A DNA stretch of 64,000 nucleotides from Blastocladiella emersonii ATCC 22665 (lineage: Eukaryota; Fungi; Blastocladiomycota): assembly GCA_025594325.1 (NCBI GenBank), contig JANHCV010000005.1:434001-498000 (forward strand). The letters run 5' to 3'. The position numbers and the translations under genes were made by a program. This document shows, piece by piece, positions 29,679 to 43,765 of this stretch. Numbering within the stretch: the first letter of the stretch is position 1; every line of letters starts with the position of its first letter. Below the pieces are notes generated by a model. The model saw nothing but the letters and a program-made list of their open reading frames with translations. It did no database searches and was not told the origin of the DNA.

Positions 29679-31522
29679 ATGGTCAAACCCACATCCCTAG
29701 ACAGGCAACTTATGGATACACGACCAGTGCTATCTATCCACACGATCCTCGAGGAGATCCTCGTCCGCGCCGTGTGGGCGCACGACGACCCCTACGACCT
29801 TGACGGACTCGCGCAGTATGCCTTCGTCCTACGCGAGCATGATGCTCCCCGCGTAGTGCGCGCCAACTTCCATTGCTCTCCGGAACTGTCAGTTGATGCC
29901 TCGCTCCTTTGCGGCCACATGTCGGCGCTCCACAAACGGCAACGACTGAGCTTGCCTCTGGCTTTGACGTATGATTGCTTCAAGGAGATCTCACAAGGCA
30001 ACGACCTTGCCGTTTTTGAGTGGATTCGCGATTCGGGTGTCGTAATCCCAGAGGGTAATTTTGCTTTCAGCGACCACGCTGACATCGCGCTCGGGGTACG
30101 GCGGCAATCATTCACGGGCATCGCCGGATCACGCTTAACACGGTGGATCATGTGTAGAGCCCCCGATCGACACCAGGCGTACCTGACGAGCAAATTCTTG
30201 CGAGCCTTGATGGAATCTCGAGCGGCCAGATCACCGAGCTGGATCTCCAGTACCAGATTATCACCAGGGACGGGATCCAGCTCCTCAACGACGCACTATC
30301 GAGCCCGAACCAGTGTCTCGAGTCTCTTCGTCTCGATTGCGCTTGCACGCTTGATATTCCGCGCTTCGTTGCCCTGCGCATTCCAAACACGCTTGTCAGC
30401 CTCAAGCTTGAGCCGTTGTGGTTCCCGCCACACACTAAACTCGATGCCTTTGATGGCCTGGTTTGGCCGTCACGGCTAGAGGAACTTTTCATTTCGGGTT
30501 GCCCCATGCTGCCGCGCGTTTACGCCGGGATCTTTTCTCGCTTTCCGCCTACGCTACATACTCTGGCCCTTTGCATGTGCAGCCTCGGTGACGCAGGACT
30601 GGTTAGCGTCCTTGTTGCACTTCCAGAAACGGTTCAGTTGCTCTCGCTTCGACAAGCTGACATCAGCAGCCGCGGGTTCAGCGATGCCAGCATGTACCTT
30701 CCTCCGCAGCTTCAATCGCTCGACTTGACCGACAACCTCAAATACAAGTCGGATTCTACCTGCGTTCAACAATGGGAACTTCCGACGACGCTTGTGTGCC
30801 TCAAAATGACCCGCTGCCGACTTGGCAACGTGGAGGCTCGAGCCCTGGCCTGCGCTCTGCCGCCAGGTCTCGAGTACCTTGATCTTGATAACTGCGGGCT
30901 CAGCGAAGACGACCTATCCGTCCTCGTTCGCTCCATGGCAAATTGCCAGCTCGCGACCATTAATATGTCCTACAACGAACTTAGTTACGAAACGCTCATG
31001 AACCTGGCGGACTCGTTTCTGCCATCGCTCGAGGTCCTTGCGCTTCGCGGCACAGGCATGAGCTGCGGAAAACTCAAATACCTTGCTGAACGCCTGCCGC
31101 GCTCGCTTCAAGAGCTTGACTTGGGCATTATTCGGCCAGTTGACCTGCACAATCTCCTAGACGGAGTCGCAGTCCTCACCGAGCATCTTCCGCCGCAACT
31201 CATCAAACTGTCCTTGGATCAAATCGGCCTGGTTGACGACTCGCTGATCGATCTCGTCCACGCGCTCCCCGTATCGCTTGAGTCACTCGTCCTCTCGAAT
31301 AATGACTTTACGGACGAAGGTGTCAGAGTGCTTGCAGAGTGGCTTCCTCCCAACCTCATGGAGCTCGAGCTCGTGGAGTGCGAATTAGTGACCGCGGACG
31401 GAAGAGACGCGCTTCGAAGCGCGGCATCGCCCACGCTACTTGAAGGACTGGAGCTGGACGACGACAGTGACGGAGACGATGATGACGAGGTTGACAACGA
31501 GTTGATGGAATTTGTTAACTAG
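29679..31522 (+). CDS. RNI-like LRR protein with ankyrin-like N-terminal module and acidic tail (paralog 1, one intron)
   Basis: N-terminus TILEEILVRAVWAHDD..DLDGLAQY; phase-0 intron (GTACGG...CTTAAC...TAG) restores the frame into LPxxLxxLxLxxNxL repeats; D/E-rich end. Confidence 0.8.
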
Positions 31523-34500
31523 AATGCTCAAGGTAATGGTATATGGTTGCCTGCTCGTAACTGCCGTATAGTGTTCGAATAGCCCGATCGAAAGGAGTTC
31601 GTTAGACGAAAGTACTTTCGAAACCCTAGTTTAGCCCCGATCGCGAAAAGGTAAGTTTCGCAGCGAACTCGAGGGACCCAGAAGTTCCAGCTGCGGCAAG
31701 GTTGAGGCAAGATAGCAAGTCATTTGCTCGCAGCGCTTTCCGTGAAAGGGAGTACAGGATCGGATGTCCGCCGTGGGCGCGAGGGGCATCCATCGACAAT
31801 CATCAGAGTAGAGGGAAGTAGCCGAGGTCGTCCGCCGTCAATGGGGGCGAGTTAAGTATGCTTCAGCTTCAGTCAAGTTGAGCTTCAGTCATCGGAAATC
31901 CGGGCCTTGCGAATTTGCGGCCAATTTACACGGTTTGGAGGCAAATTTTAAACCTGAGCAAATTTGCACCAAATTGAGCGGCGGCCCGCGGGTCGGCTAG
32001 GACAGCGAATTTGCAACCAATTGCCGCTCAATCTGCTGCGATTTGATGGCGGATTTGATGGCCAATTAGTGAGGCGAGCGATCCGGTTGGCGCGCAAATT
32101 GATGGCATATTCTCAAGATGGGGACTGCGTTTTGGTACAAATTTGCGAGTGTATTGCGTACAGGGAGATCTCAGATACAGGTCAGGTCGCCACCGCCGCG
32201 GGTCGCGCGGCATGCGAGTCGGAATCAACGCCCATGCGCGACGACGATGCACGACAAGCAGGTACCGGAGCGGACCGCGGACGCCGTCTCCGGTTCGCCG
32301 CCCGTGACCGACCGGACAGCACGCGCCTCGTGCTTGACGCGATCCGCGGTCAGCTCGCGGCACGATGCCGAGTACAGAAACCGGCCGGGCGAGATGGTGG
32401 TCAGAGATCGCTGCTACAAGCAACAAAGGTCCGAGAGCTCATGTGAGTCGCGCTGCGCCTCGAGCGGCGTGTGACGAGGGCGTACCGAGTCGTCTTAGGA
32501 ATCGGCAACCTACAGCTTGCGGATGCTGCGCATCAGTTGTTGATCCGTCGAGAGGTGGCGGTTCGATGGTGCAGCGAGAGACCAGTGGATCACGAGGGGC
32601 TACGAGGAGCAATGTGAGCGAGCATGTCAGTCGCGCACCAACTCTTGCGCAGCCACGAGAAGAGTCAAGCGTACCTGCGACTGGGACTTGGCCCACGTGG
32701 TGGGCGCGGCCGAACCGCTTGAGCGAGCCTGTCGGCGCTACTGGCGCGAGCGTGCAGCGTGAGTGCATGAGACACGCGGTGGTGGTGTGGCGGAGACGGC
32801 GTACCGTCGCGAGCGAGGCTGACTTAATGGTCCCAGGTCCATGTGTCAGCAAATGTCGAGTCCCTGGTGGCAGACGCGCGCCGGCGGCTACATGGGCACC
32901 GCACAGGTGTCAGCACCTTTGACGAGCGCGCACGCGGCTGGTAGCCCGGTGGGGTCCCCTTGCGCTGCGCCGTGCTGCGCCCGAGGAACGAGCGCGGCGG
33001 AGCCCGCGTACGACGGTGCGCACGCGCGGCAGCGACGACACCGCTGGTCTCACAGCGCGTCGTCGACGCGCCAGAGCTGAGTGTGAAGGGCACCACACCG
33101 GGCGCACCGCCACGGGAGCGCAACACGACGGTCGGCGCGATGGGAGCCAAGCGCGCGGCGGCGGGCGCGGCAGCGGGACGCGACGCGTACCTGTTGACGG
33201 TCGCCGCGTGGTTGCCGTGCGTCGAGATCGTAGTGTGCTTCGTTGGCGGACGGGTGATACATTGCAGCGAGTGGTGATGAGCAAGGGAGCGTGGACCGAC
33301 CGCGGCGCGGCGAAAGAGTCACTCGGCCGCCCGACGCGCGCTCGCGGCAAAGTCCACGCCAAGCTGTGTCACGTGCGCGTGACCGCACACGTGTTTTCGC
33401 GACGCGTCTCGCAGCCCGTCTCGCAACCCGCCGTGCCACGACTCTCGCTCAGTTTCGCTAGCCTTGAAACGCGCGGTTAAAAAAAAAAAAAGAAAACGAC
33501 TAGCTGCACTTGAAAGCAGGACTGCGAGGGGAGGAGGGAGGAGGGAGGAGGGAGGAACTGGCAGGGCACGGCGCGTTCCGGGTCGTGACGCGGCCGCGCG
33601 GTTACCCCCTTTGTTCTCGAGTCGATGAAAGCTTAGATGTTGGTTAGGCTTTGGAAGCGACGAGACCCTTGTCATGACAGTTCCTGGGGTCGCACCTCGC
33701 CGTTCCATTCCGCGCATTCGTGTCCACAGCGAGCGCCCACCGTTTCCTTCGTAAACAGGGGCCAAGAAGCGAGCCGGGTCTGATAACCGTGTCACAGTCG
33801 TACGGACAGACCAAGAGCGAGCTCATGCCTTCGGCTCTCTTGCCCGCGCGACGACAGGCGAATATTGCTGATGTGGCCGAACTCTGCTGTGTGAGAGCGA
33901 GTACCAAGCACATCGCAGCGGCCGGATCGCACCGCAGCTCACGCGAGGTTCTCAAGCGAGCCGCAAAGGGCATTCATCGCGTTTTGAGGGAATCTTGCGC
34001 CTGAACGAGCTCGCATGCCAAGCGTGAACGGACGCGGCCAACGTGACCCTGCGGTGGCGTCGGACGGTGGAGTTCACACGCCTGCCACAGCTCACTCAGT
34101 TGCTCCCTCCACCTTCCGGGCATATTTTACGTATGCTGCAGATAACACTTGATGTAATGTCTTAAACCCATGGACTTCTCTCAAATTGCGCTTAGTTTAT
34201 GTCTTCTTGCGCGATTCGAGCGCCGCGCCGAACCCGTAACACATGCATCGCCAGCCGCTGACGAGCCGCGCCTGTCGCTCCCAGCGCATCAGAAGTCATG
34301 TCCGCGTTTGATTTGACCGCCGGCAGCTTCAGCTAGTTGATAGGGCCGCTCGCCAAGTCGGAGACCCGCCCTTGAGTGACGAACAGAATGTCGCCTACTG
34401 ATCCATGACTCTACCATGAAGCTGGAAACGTTCACTTCGCGTTTCAACTCTAAAAGCGTCGCGTGGCAGATAGTGAAGCTCGATCACGCGGTGTTACATG

Positions 34501-36378
34501 TTCTACCAGCGTCAGAGGCAGCTTGAGCATGGCCGTTCCGCAACCCTGTGTTCAAGCAAAGGGATAGCACCATTCGCAACTCTCTGAAGTGGCCTTTGAT
34601 GCGTTCCAGGCGCTCAATCGCACCAACTGGATCGCATGCACCTCATTCAAGTCTGGAAAGATTTGCAACGTGCCGGTTCAGCGCCGTGGACGTGCTTCAC
34701 TGGTTGAGCGACCGTCCCGCGCGCTCTCGCAGAAGCGCTGACTTGTGAGCAAGCTAAGTACCAGGGCTCACCAGCTTTACTCGAGGCTGGCAATTGTTGT
34801 CCATTCGTGCTAGCGGAAGCGGTCCTTCACTCGCTCGCTCTCGTCAACTAGTACGAGTTAAACCAGCATGCGATCACGTTCAGACAGATGTTGGAGAACT
34901 CCGAACTCTTCTTGGCCGCTTGGCTTGCCGCGCCGGTAGGCGTCCATCTAAAAAGCTCGATCCGCAAGCGCAATCCGCAACAGCATGCGTACCGCAAACC
35001 CCTTCAGGCGAACACACGTTTCGCCCTCTGTAAACTGCAATCCCAGCCAGGAAACCAAGTTTATCTACCGAGGTAGAGGTAGTTGACCAGTTTGCCGCCA
35101 GGAGAAAGCCTGTTTACCCTCTGGATTGGATGATGTACTCGATTCGCGACCCCATGAATTCAAACAGTGTCTATCGTTTCCGTGCTCCTCTGAGCGCTGT
35201 GTATATTTCCGCGAGTCACATCCTTCACTCCGTTGCGCAGGAACGACTTTCGAGGTTAGCTTCTCGAATCAACCCCGGCGGTGTGTTAGCGTTGAGAATC
35301 CGATCGCCATTTTTTTCTCGACACCCGGCTTCCAACCACCCCAAAGCTTAATTAGCTCTTTTGTAGCTCCCACCACGATCAGTTCATCACCGTCAAGAAC
35401 AGCGCAATCGACTGAGCCGTTGTGGTGAAGAGTCCAACTTTCTCCAAGGGCAACTCTGACCACCGCGACCACCAGCGAAAAATCCCCCTGACCTCCCCCA
35501 TCACACTCAGGTATTGCATTGACCGGAAATCTTTGTTTGCGATTTCGACCCTCGCCCGACCCGGCCCAAGAATTGAGTGCAAATTTGCAGCTGGCCGCAC
35601 AATTTGTGATCCGCGATTTCCGATGCAGACGCGAAACAAGGGAGGGTCAAAATGCTTGCTGTTGCATGTTTCCAGTATCAGGCTCGCGGCGACAACATAG
35701 TAAAATTCGACCACAGTAAAATTCGACCACGCCGGCCCACTCCCCCAGTCATGGAATGGAATCCAAAGTCGGACGTCCTGGGCCATTGTGTTCTCGCCAC
35801 TCGATCTTTGCGGGGCTGTGTACTGTGAGCGCCGTCTCCCTCAAGGCACTGCGGTACGCGCCCGCCGCGTGCGGTGGTGCGAGACAACCAGACGCGTGAG
35901 ACATGCGCACGTGATAACGCGACGCGTCCAAATCGAACGTGTCCATTCAGAGCACCAAACCTAAATCACCTATCGCATCGTCCAACCCGGCGAACGGCAC
36001 TGCGCGAGTAATTCCATTCGCTCGCTCACTCCAGCGCTCGAGCACGTCAGCGCAACTAAACCTAACCCAAAACCTAAATCTAAACCTAAATCTAAAACCC
36101 TCGCGCTGTCCACCGATTGCATTCGTCTTTCACCGCTCAGCTTACGGTGGAGACAAGCCGACAACTCGGCCCACATTACGAGCTCCCGCTTCATCGCTGG
36201 CGGGTTGATCGGCGATTGATCGCACAAATGATCCGGGACAATTGTGCATTGCACACGCATCCGCCGACCAAGAGAATCGATCGTCCGTAGAGAGGGACGC
36301 GAATACGCCGAGTGAGAGTACCGACCATCCCGTCGCAACGAGGCTTGCACTTCTCGCTCCAAACCTAAATCAAAAGAA

Positions 36379-36449
36379 TGCGCGCACCGGGAATCGAACC
36401 CGGAGCTCTACCTTGGGAGGGTAGAATTTTACCATTAAACCATGCGTGC
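36379..36449 (-). tRNA. tRNA-Gly (CCC)
   Basis: Cloverleaf: anticodon stem CTACC/GGTAG with loop CTCCCAA, T-arm CCGGG-TTCGATT-CCCGG, discriminator A, downstream TTTT. One A3:C70 mismatch in the acceptor stem. Confidence 0.88.
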
Positions 36450-36822
36450 TTGCTTATCATCAAAGCAGCAGCGACAACAAACGTCGTCCCAGTGGCTGAA
36501 GGCCACACGTTCAAGTAGTGCACCGAATTCTCACAATCCGGGCATAGCGATCGCGTCGCGAACCACAACGACGACGCAAAAATCATGTGAGACGGACGGG
36601 TGGGAGTTCGGTTGGGTGGGCTTGCTCCAAGCGGCAGCGTTCAACCTCCCCCCTCCACTTCATGGTCACATGGGCAAGCTGTGCATTGCGCCACAACCGC
36701 GTGGCTGAATGCGTTGGCGAGGGCCGAAACCTGGCGCCAGGATTTCAGAAGGTCTCTATTGCTCCTCGCTGATAGACCGGCACATGGCAGCTGCCCACAT
36801 GTAACTTGCCGCAACGAAATCT

Positions 36823-38614
36823 ATGGAGCTCATGAAACACACACCGCGGTTGGACATCCACTTTATCATCGAGGCCATCCTGGTCGAGGCCGTCCTCCTT
36901 CACAGCAACCCCGACGACATCTTGGGCCTTGCGCAGTACTTTCGTGTTATGCGCGAGCATGAGATTCCCTCCGTGAGTCGTACCATCTTTGGAGTCGCCC
37001 CGAGCCTTTCTGTCAACAGCGCCTTGGCCCATGGCCGCATTCTCGTTCTTGAGAAGCGGCGCCAACTTGGCCTGTCGCTTACATTCACGAGCGATGCAGT
37101 CGAAGCTGCGGTCAAGTCTCGTCAACTTGCCGCCTTGGAATGGTTTCGCACCAGCAACATTCGAGTTCCTCTGGATATTAAACTGAATTCCTACGCTTGT
37201 CCAGCGCTCGGCGTCGGCTATCCCAAACGCAACCCCGAAGATTTCTACGCGATCGTTCGTATTAATTCCGAGCTTCAACTACCTGTGCACATCAACTCAT
37301 AGTTCGCCGGCTCTGTAGGAGTACGGAGACCCGCCCGTCCCGAACGCTACCATCCATGCCAGAGCCAACGGCATCTCGAATGGTCGACTCAAGTCGCTCT
37401 TCATCCAGGAGGAGCTTATTACCATGGATGGGCTTGCCGCGCTAAACGATGCGTTTGCGAGTTCGAGCTGCCAACTTGCCAAGCTAAAAATCAACTATTG
37501 TGTCTTCGACATGCAGCGGCTGCTCGCGCTTCGACTCCCCGACACGCTTAAGACGATTGAGCTCTGCGGCTACTGGTTCCAAAAGGTGATGCCGAGTGGC
37601 GCTTTCGATGCTTGGACTTGGCCTCCGCAGCTGGAAACGCTTGTCATGCTCCGCAGCACAACTTCTGCCCGTGCTATGGCTGCCCTCCTTGCCCCACTTC
37701 CAGCGACGCTTCGATCACTCGACCTGTCTGCCTGCAACCTTGGCGATGCGGGCCTGGCGCTAATCCTTCGCGCGCTTCCGCCGGGCATCACGTCCCTTCG
37801 AATCAGCCACACCGCGCTGACTGGCAGCGGCTTCGAGGTGGTTTCTTCGCTCCTTCCTCAACAGCTCGAGTACCTTGATGTCAGCGCAAACCAACTAGGC
37901 GAAATCAGCAACAATATTGAGCCAAGCTGGACTCTGCCTGAAACTTTGACTCGGCTTTGTTTGGACTGTTCCTTGACCACACCTGCAGCTATTCGTGCCC
38001 TTCTTGGTGCGCTTCAGCGCAACTGCGGAAACCTCGAAAGTATCTCACTCGCTGGCGCCAAGCTTGGACCGGCGCACCACAACCTCTCGAGTGTACTGCC
38101 TGCCACTCTCACGTCGCTCAAACTTGCAGGTACACATCTCTGCGCTAGTCACCTGGAGCACTACTTGGTCCGCTTGTCGTCAAGCCTGAAGTCGCTGGCG
38201 CTTTCCAACAACGTGGTCGAGCTTGATGTTGTCCAAGTGCTGGCAACGCGGATGCCTTCACACCTTGAATCGCTGGAGCTTGGCGACATGGACCTTTCCA
38301 ACGATGTGATGCCCATTTTCGTCCCTGTGCTTCCGAAGACCCTCAAGTACTTGAGCTTGGAGGGCAACCACATTGGTGACGAGGGCGCGATTCTGCTCGC
38401 TGCACATCTCCCGCCATGCCTCATCAGCCTTGAAATGAACGACACGGATATCGAAATTGATGGCGCAATCGCGCTTCACAGTGCTGCATCGGACGAGCTT
38501 CGGGCAGGGCTGGTCTTCCCAGACGAGTTAATCGAGGATCTCGACGGATTCGATGGTGAAGGTAGTGATGGGGAAGGTAGTGATGGCGAAGGTAGTGAGC
38601 AAGACGATGATTGA
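36823..38614 (+). CDS. RNI-like LRR protein, paralog 2 (one intron)
   Basis: FIIEAILVEAVLLHSNPDDILGLAQY N-terminus, intron about 37256-37318, LRRs, and acidic tail with a DGEGS repeat. Confidence 0.8.
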
Positions 38615-38768
38615 ACTGTACTTCTGTGCAGCCAATATATTTGCGAATTGTTCGCTGTTTTTCGATCTTGCAAGTGGCTTAAACTCACGTGAGTGGCGCG
38701 ACGCGTGCAAGCTCACACTCCCCCCACAAAAGCTGTCAAGGACCAATGAGACAGGCAGGCCATGACAT

Positions 38769-41700
38769 CTATTCCGTATCGACACGTCGGGCAAGCAACT
38801 CGGCCTCGTGCTGCGCGTACCACTCGCGCACCGCGTTGACGCGAGTCTCCTGCATCCCGGCCGGCGAGAACTTGAGCGGCAACCCGGACGCGCGCCACCA
38901 CTCGAGCAGGTTGACGTGCCCGCGCGCCGCAGCGTCGTTCATGGCCTGCTGCGAGTACTTGAGCTCGACGGCATCGCGGTGCTTGAGCCAGATCTCGAGG
39001 ACCGCGACGTGGCCGCGCCTGCTCGCGTTATCCATGGCGAACGCCGTGTACTTAAGCGGCAGCTTGTCGCGGTGCGCGAACCACCACTCGACCGACCGCG
39101 CGATCCCGCGGGTACACGCCTCGTCGAGCGCGGCCGTCGAGTACCTTGGCCGCAGCGCGCCACGGTGCGCGAACCACCAGTCGAGCGACGCGATGCACCC
39201 GCGGATGCTGGCCTCGTTGATGGCGTAGTTCGAGTACTCGGGCTTGAGCTCGCGGCGCCGCGCGAGCCACCAGTCGAGCACGGCCACGCGGCCCTCGGTG
39301 CTCGCCGCGTCGATGGTGCGGTTGTTGTACGTGAGCGCGAGCGAGTCGCGGTGCGAGTACCACCAGTCGAGCACGGCGAGGTGCCCGTTTTTGCTCGCAA
39401 AACGGAGCGCGTCCTTGGTGAACTTGAGCTCGCCCGGCGGGAAGTGTGCGAACCACCAGTCCAGGACGTGAACGTGGCCGTGCTCGCTGGCCAGGTCCAT
39501 GGCGCGCACCGAGTACTTGATGTCGAGCTCGTCAGCGTGCGCGAGCCACCAGTCGAGAACCGCGACGTGCCCGCTGCCGCTCGCCTCGTCCATGGCGGCC
39601 GCCGAGTGCACGACCTTGATGCCGCTGGAATGGCACCACTCGAGGACGGCGGTGCGGCCCTGCGCACTCGCCGCGTCCATGGCGGTGAGCGCCCGAACGT
39701 GCGACGACTGCGCGACGGGGACGTAGTACAGCAGGTCGACGACGTCAGAATCGGTCTCGTTCGTGGACGAGGAGACGGCGGCGAGATCGCGCGCGTGAAG
39801 CGGTACGGATAGTGTATGGCCAAGCGGTGCTACAGGTCGGGGGGAGGTGAGTTGTCGTCTTGGTTGCTGCCGATTGCAATAGGAACACGTACCGAGCGGC
39901 GAATCGACATCCGACGCAGCATCGAAGAAACGGCGACCGACGGCGGCTGACTTGCCGTGCGACAGCGAGAGCTGGACCAGTACCCGTGCAGCGGAACAGT
40001 CGTCGAGTTGCTGTCCGTTGGCGAGCGTCGACGACGAGACCCAGTACAGCGGCGGCGACTTGGTCGCGCAGCACAGGACGAGGAACTGGCGCGTCGGCAC
40101 GAGCCGCGCGGCCGCGGCGGACGACGCGGCGTCGCCGACAAAGTAGTACGCCTCGTCGAGCGTAGCGTCGTCGCCGTCGCCGTCGTCCTCGTCAGCGCCA
40201 AACGCGGACCCGATGTGAAACGCACCGTCGGTGCCGAGGCACCACGCGAGAAACCCGGGTCGGTGCGGCGTGCCGAGCAGCGGGACGGGCTGCCAGATGG
40301 AACCGGCGAGCTGGCGCGGGCGGATCCACCGCAGGTCCTTGTTGCACTGGATCGAGTCGCGCGCTGGGAGGAGCAGGTCGATCTTGATGTCGTGCGGGAG
40401 GAGCACGTCGGGTTTCGCGGACCCGTTGGTGCTCATGATCACGATACGACCGTCAGCGTCGAGCGACTTGGACGTGAAGTGCATGCACTCGTCGTCGCCG
40501 CCGCGGACCTGCACGACGCCGGGGAACACGTTGGTGCCCTCGTGGTACCGCGCGAAGACCGCAATACCGCTTGAGCGGCTCGATCGCGAGCTGATCTACG
40601 CGAAAGATGCGTGAGAACCGTAGTTAGCAGCGAATTAGGGAGAGCGTGCATCGCAGCGAGACGTACCTGGGCGGCGGACGGCGGTGGAAGCGAGCCGAGA
40701 TCCCAGTCGACCCAGCAGAGGATGTGGTGCGCGGGCTTGTCGACAGTCGAGGCGGTCGCTGTCGCGGCCTAAACGTAGGCGGGCACGATCGGAGTGAGTA
40801 ACACGCCCGCCGAGTCGCATCATGACAAGGAACCGTACGTGAACGAGCCAGTTGAAGTTGAGGGGCGGCGAGCTGCTTATGGACGAGGAGACGAGCGGGA
40901 GCACGACGGTGTCGGCCGAGCCCAATGCCGCGACGACCGCGGGGTCGCCGGCGGTCGTTCGCGCAAAGTAGAGGGTCCGGCCGCCGACTGCACCCGCGAC
41001 AACGGCGCCGCGCGGTGGCAGCACCGGAGCTCTGTCGCCGGCTGTCATTGGCGCATTCGGCCGCCACGCGGTGAGCGGGAACGGCCGCGTCGGCGTGAAC
41101 TCGAACAGGATGCCCGGCGCCGCCCCCACGTCGCAGAGGTCGCACTTGCCGTCGCCGTACCAGACGGCTGCGGCGCTCACGAGATCGCGCAGCGCCGACG
41201 CGCCCTGGGGGACCCACGCGTGCGTCGACTGCGCGAGCGCCTCGAGTGCGCCCGCCAGCTTGGTCCAGTCGTCGCCCGCGCTCGTGAGCGCCCACGGCAG
41301 GTGCTTGACGTCGACGAGCACGCGGTGCAGCGAGCGGTACTGCGGCTGCGAGTAGCGGATCTCCGTGGTCCAGTCCCACTCGAGATCGCGGTTGACCTTG
41401 GCGGCAAAGTCCTCGACGTCGAACAGGGCGCGCGGGACGAGCGCGGTTGTGTCGTTGCCCATGTTGCCGTTCGGGTGCGTCACCGCCTGCGAAGTGGCGA
41501 TCTGCACGAGGTCGCGCAGGACGGGCACGAGGCGGCGGAGCAGCAGGTCGAAGGCGTGGTCCTTGGGCAGCGTGTCGGCAGGGCGGTTCTTAAGCAGCTT
41601 GTACACCATACCGAGGCGCGAGACGATCGACTGCAGGCTACACGCAGTGATGGCGGTTTGTTAGCATTCGCGTCGCGCCATGAGTGAGTGGTGAATCACG

Positions 41701-43220
41701 TACAGCGCGTGCTCGGTGAAGGGTGCAAAGTACGAGACGAGACGAAAGTAGTCGAGCATTGACCAGTGCTCGACCGAGAAGAACGCGTTGACCTCGCCCG
41801 GAGAGATGGTCATCGTCTACAGAGAGACGCGCGCGACCATGGTGAGCGATTGCCTGTCGCTGCGACAAGACTGAGCGCACCTGGTCCTAGTCGAGGCCCT
41901 GGAGGAACGCCGAAAAGTGACCAATACGGCGGTTTAGGTCGGCCGTCGCGCGGCGCCCGAGCGTCTCCGTCGACACAACGACATCGAGCTCGTCGCGCAG
42001 ATGGTCAACTAGCACGTCGGCAAAGTCGCGGACCTTGACGCGCGCGCCCCACCCGGCGCGCAGCCACACGGAGCGGACGGCGGTGCACGAGATGAGCGAA
42101 AACATGGATCCGCGCTCGGTGAGCGCCGCGAGCATGGCCTTGACCTCGTCGATCGACTTGCCCTGCGCGTTCACCTTGGCAAGGATCGCGTCGAAGCCCT
42201 GCTCGAGGCGCACGTACGACGTGGCGAAGCTGGTGCGCAGGTCGGCGAGCACCTCGTCGCGGAACGTCTCGCCCACGGCGGCAGCGAGCCGTTGGGCGAC
42301 CAGTTTGGCGGCCGCTGGGTTCTTGACGAGCTTGTCGACGCCGCCGTGCTTGGCGATCTCGTCGGCGGCGAGGCGGTCCTCGGGCGACAGCGCGGCGGCG
42401 GCGTCGATTGGGTGCCACGGTCGCGTCACGTTGACGTTCACATTGACGGAGAGAAGGAGGGCGAGGCGCGCGAGCGTGTCCTTGAGCGCCTGGTCGTGGT
42501 CCTTGATCTTCTGGAGCACGTCGGCGGCGTAGATGCGGCGCTTGAGCCACGACATGGTGTCGTACTCGGTGAAGAGCACGGCGCACCGCTTGATGACCGA
42601 GAGCAGCGAGGCAAGGACCATCTCGGCGAGGTCGGCGACGCGGGTCCACTGGCCCGTCTCGTTAGCCGTGCGCATGACGCTCAGCGTGAAGACGGCGTGC
42701 TCGCGCAGGTCGGACATGGCGGCGATGTTAGCCTGCGCCTTTTGCTCGAACTCGATCAGGGTCTACAACGTGGCGATCGCGGGTCAGTTGGTCGCTCGAG
42801 CGGGTTATCCTGCGAGGCATGTCGTACGTTGAAGCACGCGAGCAGCGGACCCGCGACAGGGACCGTCTTGGCGAGGCCGGCGAGAAACTCGGAGACGAGC
42901 TTGCTGCCCGCAATGACGTCAAAGACCATGTCGGCGGACTCGACGGCGTCCTTGGCGCGGTTGTAGCCGGCGAGCGCGTTCGCGGAGAAGTCCTCGGCAT
43001 GAGGGTCCCGTAGCGCAGCACGCTGGTCTTGCGTGATGCTCAGACCATTCGTTGCGACGAGTTCATGGCTCGAGGGATGCGGTGGAGGAGGAGGGGGCGA
43101 TGCGGTGGTCGTCGCCGACCCGTGCCGGAAGAGGCACGCGAGGATCGAGCGTTTGTGCTTCCTTGGTGCAGCGGCGGGCGGCGGCGCCGAAGGCTTGGGC
43201 TCAGGATCCGACGTCGTCAT
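38769..43220 (-). pseudogene. Multi-exon gene: MLKL-NTD-like helical domain, EF-hand-like loop, C-terminal WW-type ankyrin-like repeats; in-frame TAG at 41887-41889
   Basis: Exons join across GT-AG introns (about 42828-42763, 41880-41817, 41700-41637). The C-terminus has about 8 repeats of AMDxASxxGHVxVLDWW. The stop lies 6 nt before a GTGCGC donor. Confidence 0.6.
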
Positions 43221-43765
43221 GGTTGCGTGCGTTCATTCAAAGGTGATGGCGGGGGGGGGGGGGGGGGAGCGAGAGAGAGGGAGCGAAGTCGCGAGGTTGC
43301 GAGGGGAGAGCGGGCGGACAGCTTGCACCGCGACTGCCGCAATCCGGTGCCCGCCAAGTCCCACGTGGGCGGCGCCGCACCTGCGACGAGCCCATGTGAT
43401 CAATCACATTGGCGCGTTGCACCAAGTCTTCGAGCGCTTCATCTGTTCCTTTGACCGAGCTCTGGAGCGGTCGAGCGGCGCTGAGGCGCCAGCGTGGCAC
43501 GACGCGTCGCGTCCACTTCTTGTCTCGCGGGCGGTCGTCACTTGTGTCCCAAGTCCAACAGCCTGCACGGGCGCGATATAATTGCCACAGGGACAACGAG
43601 ATCCAGAGAGAAAGCTTCGACCGAACGACGCGCAGCGCCGTAAATAGGCTCGTGAAGCAGTCAGCGCGCGCGTCTCACCTTCGCTCCCGAATCCGTGCGC
43701 AGCCATGTCTCGAACGCTCATAACCAAAGACCTGCTGCACATGCAACATGGCGCAACCGCTACCA

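Noticed and set aside
31900-32150. Cluster of CAAATT/GAATTTGC motifs with a 10-bp inverted repeat
   Set aside because: No definable ends or TSD; cannot be called an element.
32200-36000. Numerous 60-185 aa ORFs
   Set aside because: No recognisable motifs, consistent codon bias or splice structure; treated as intergenic or decayed sequence.
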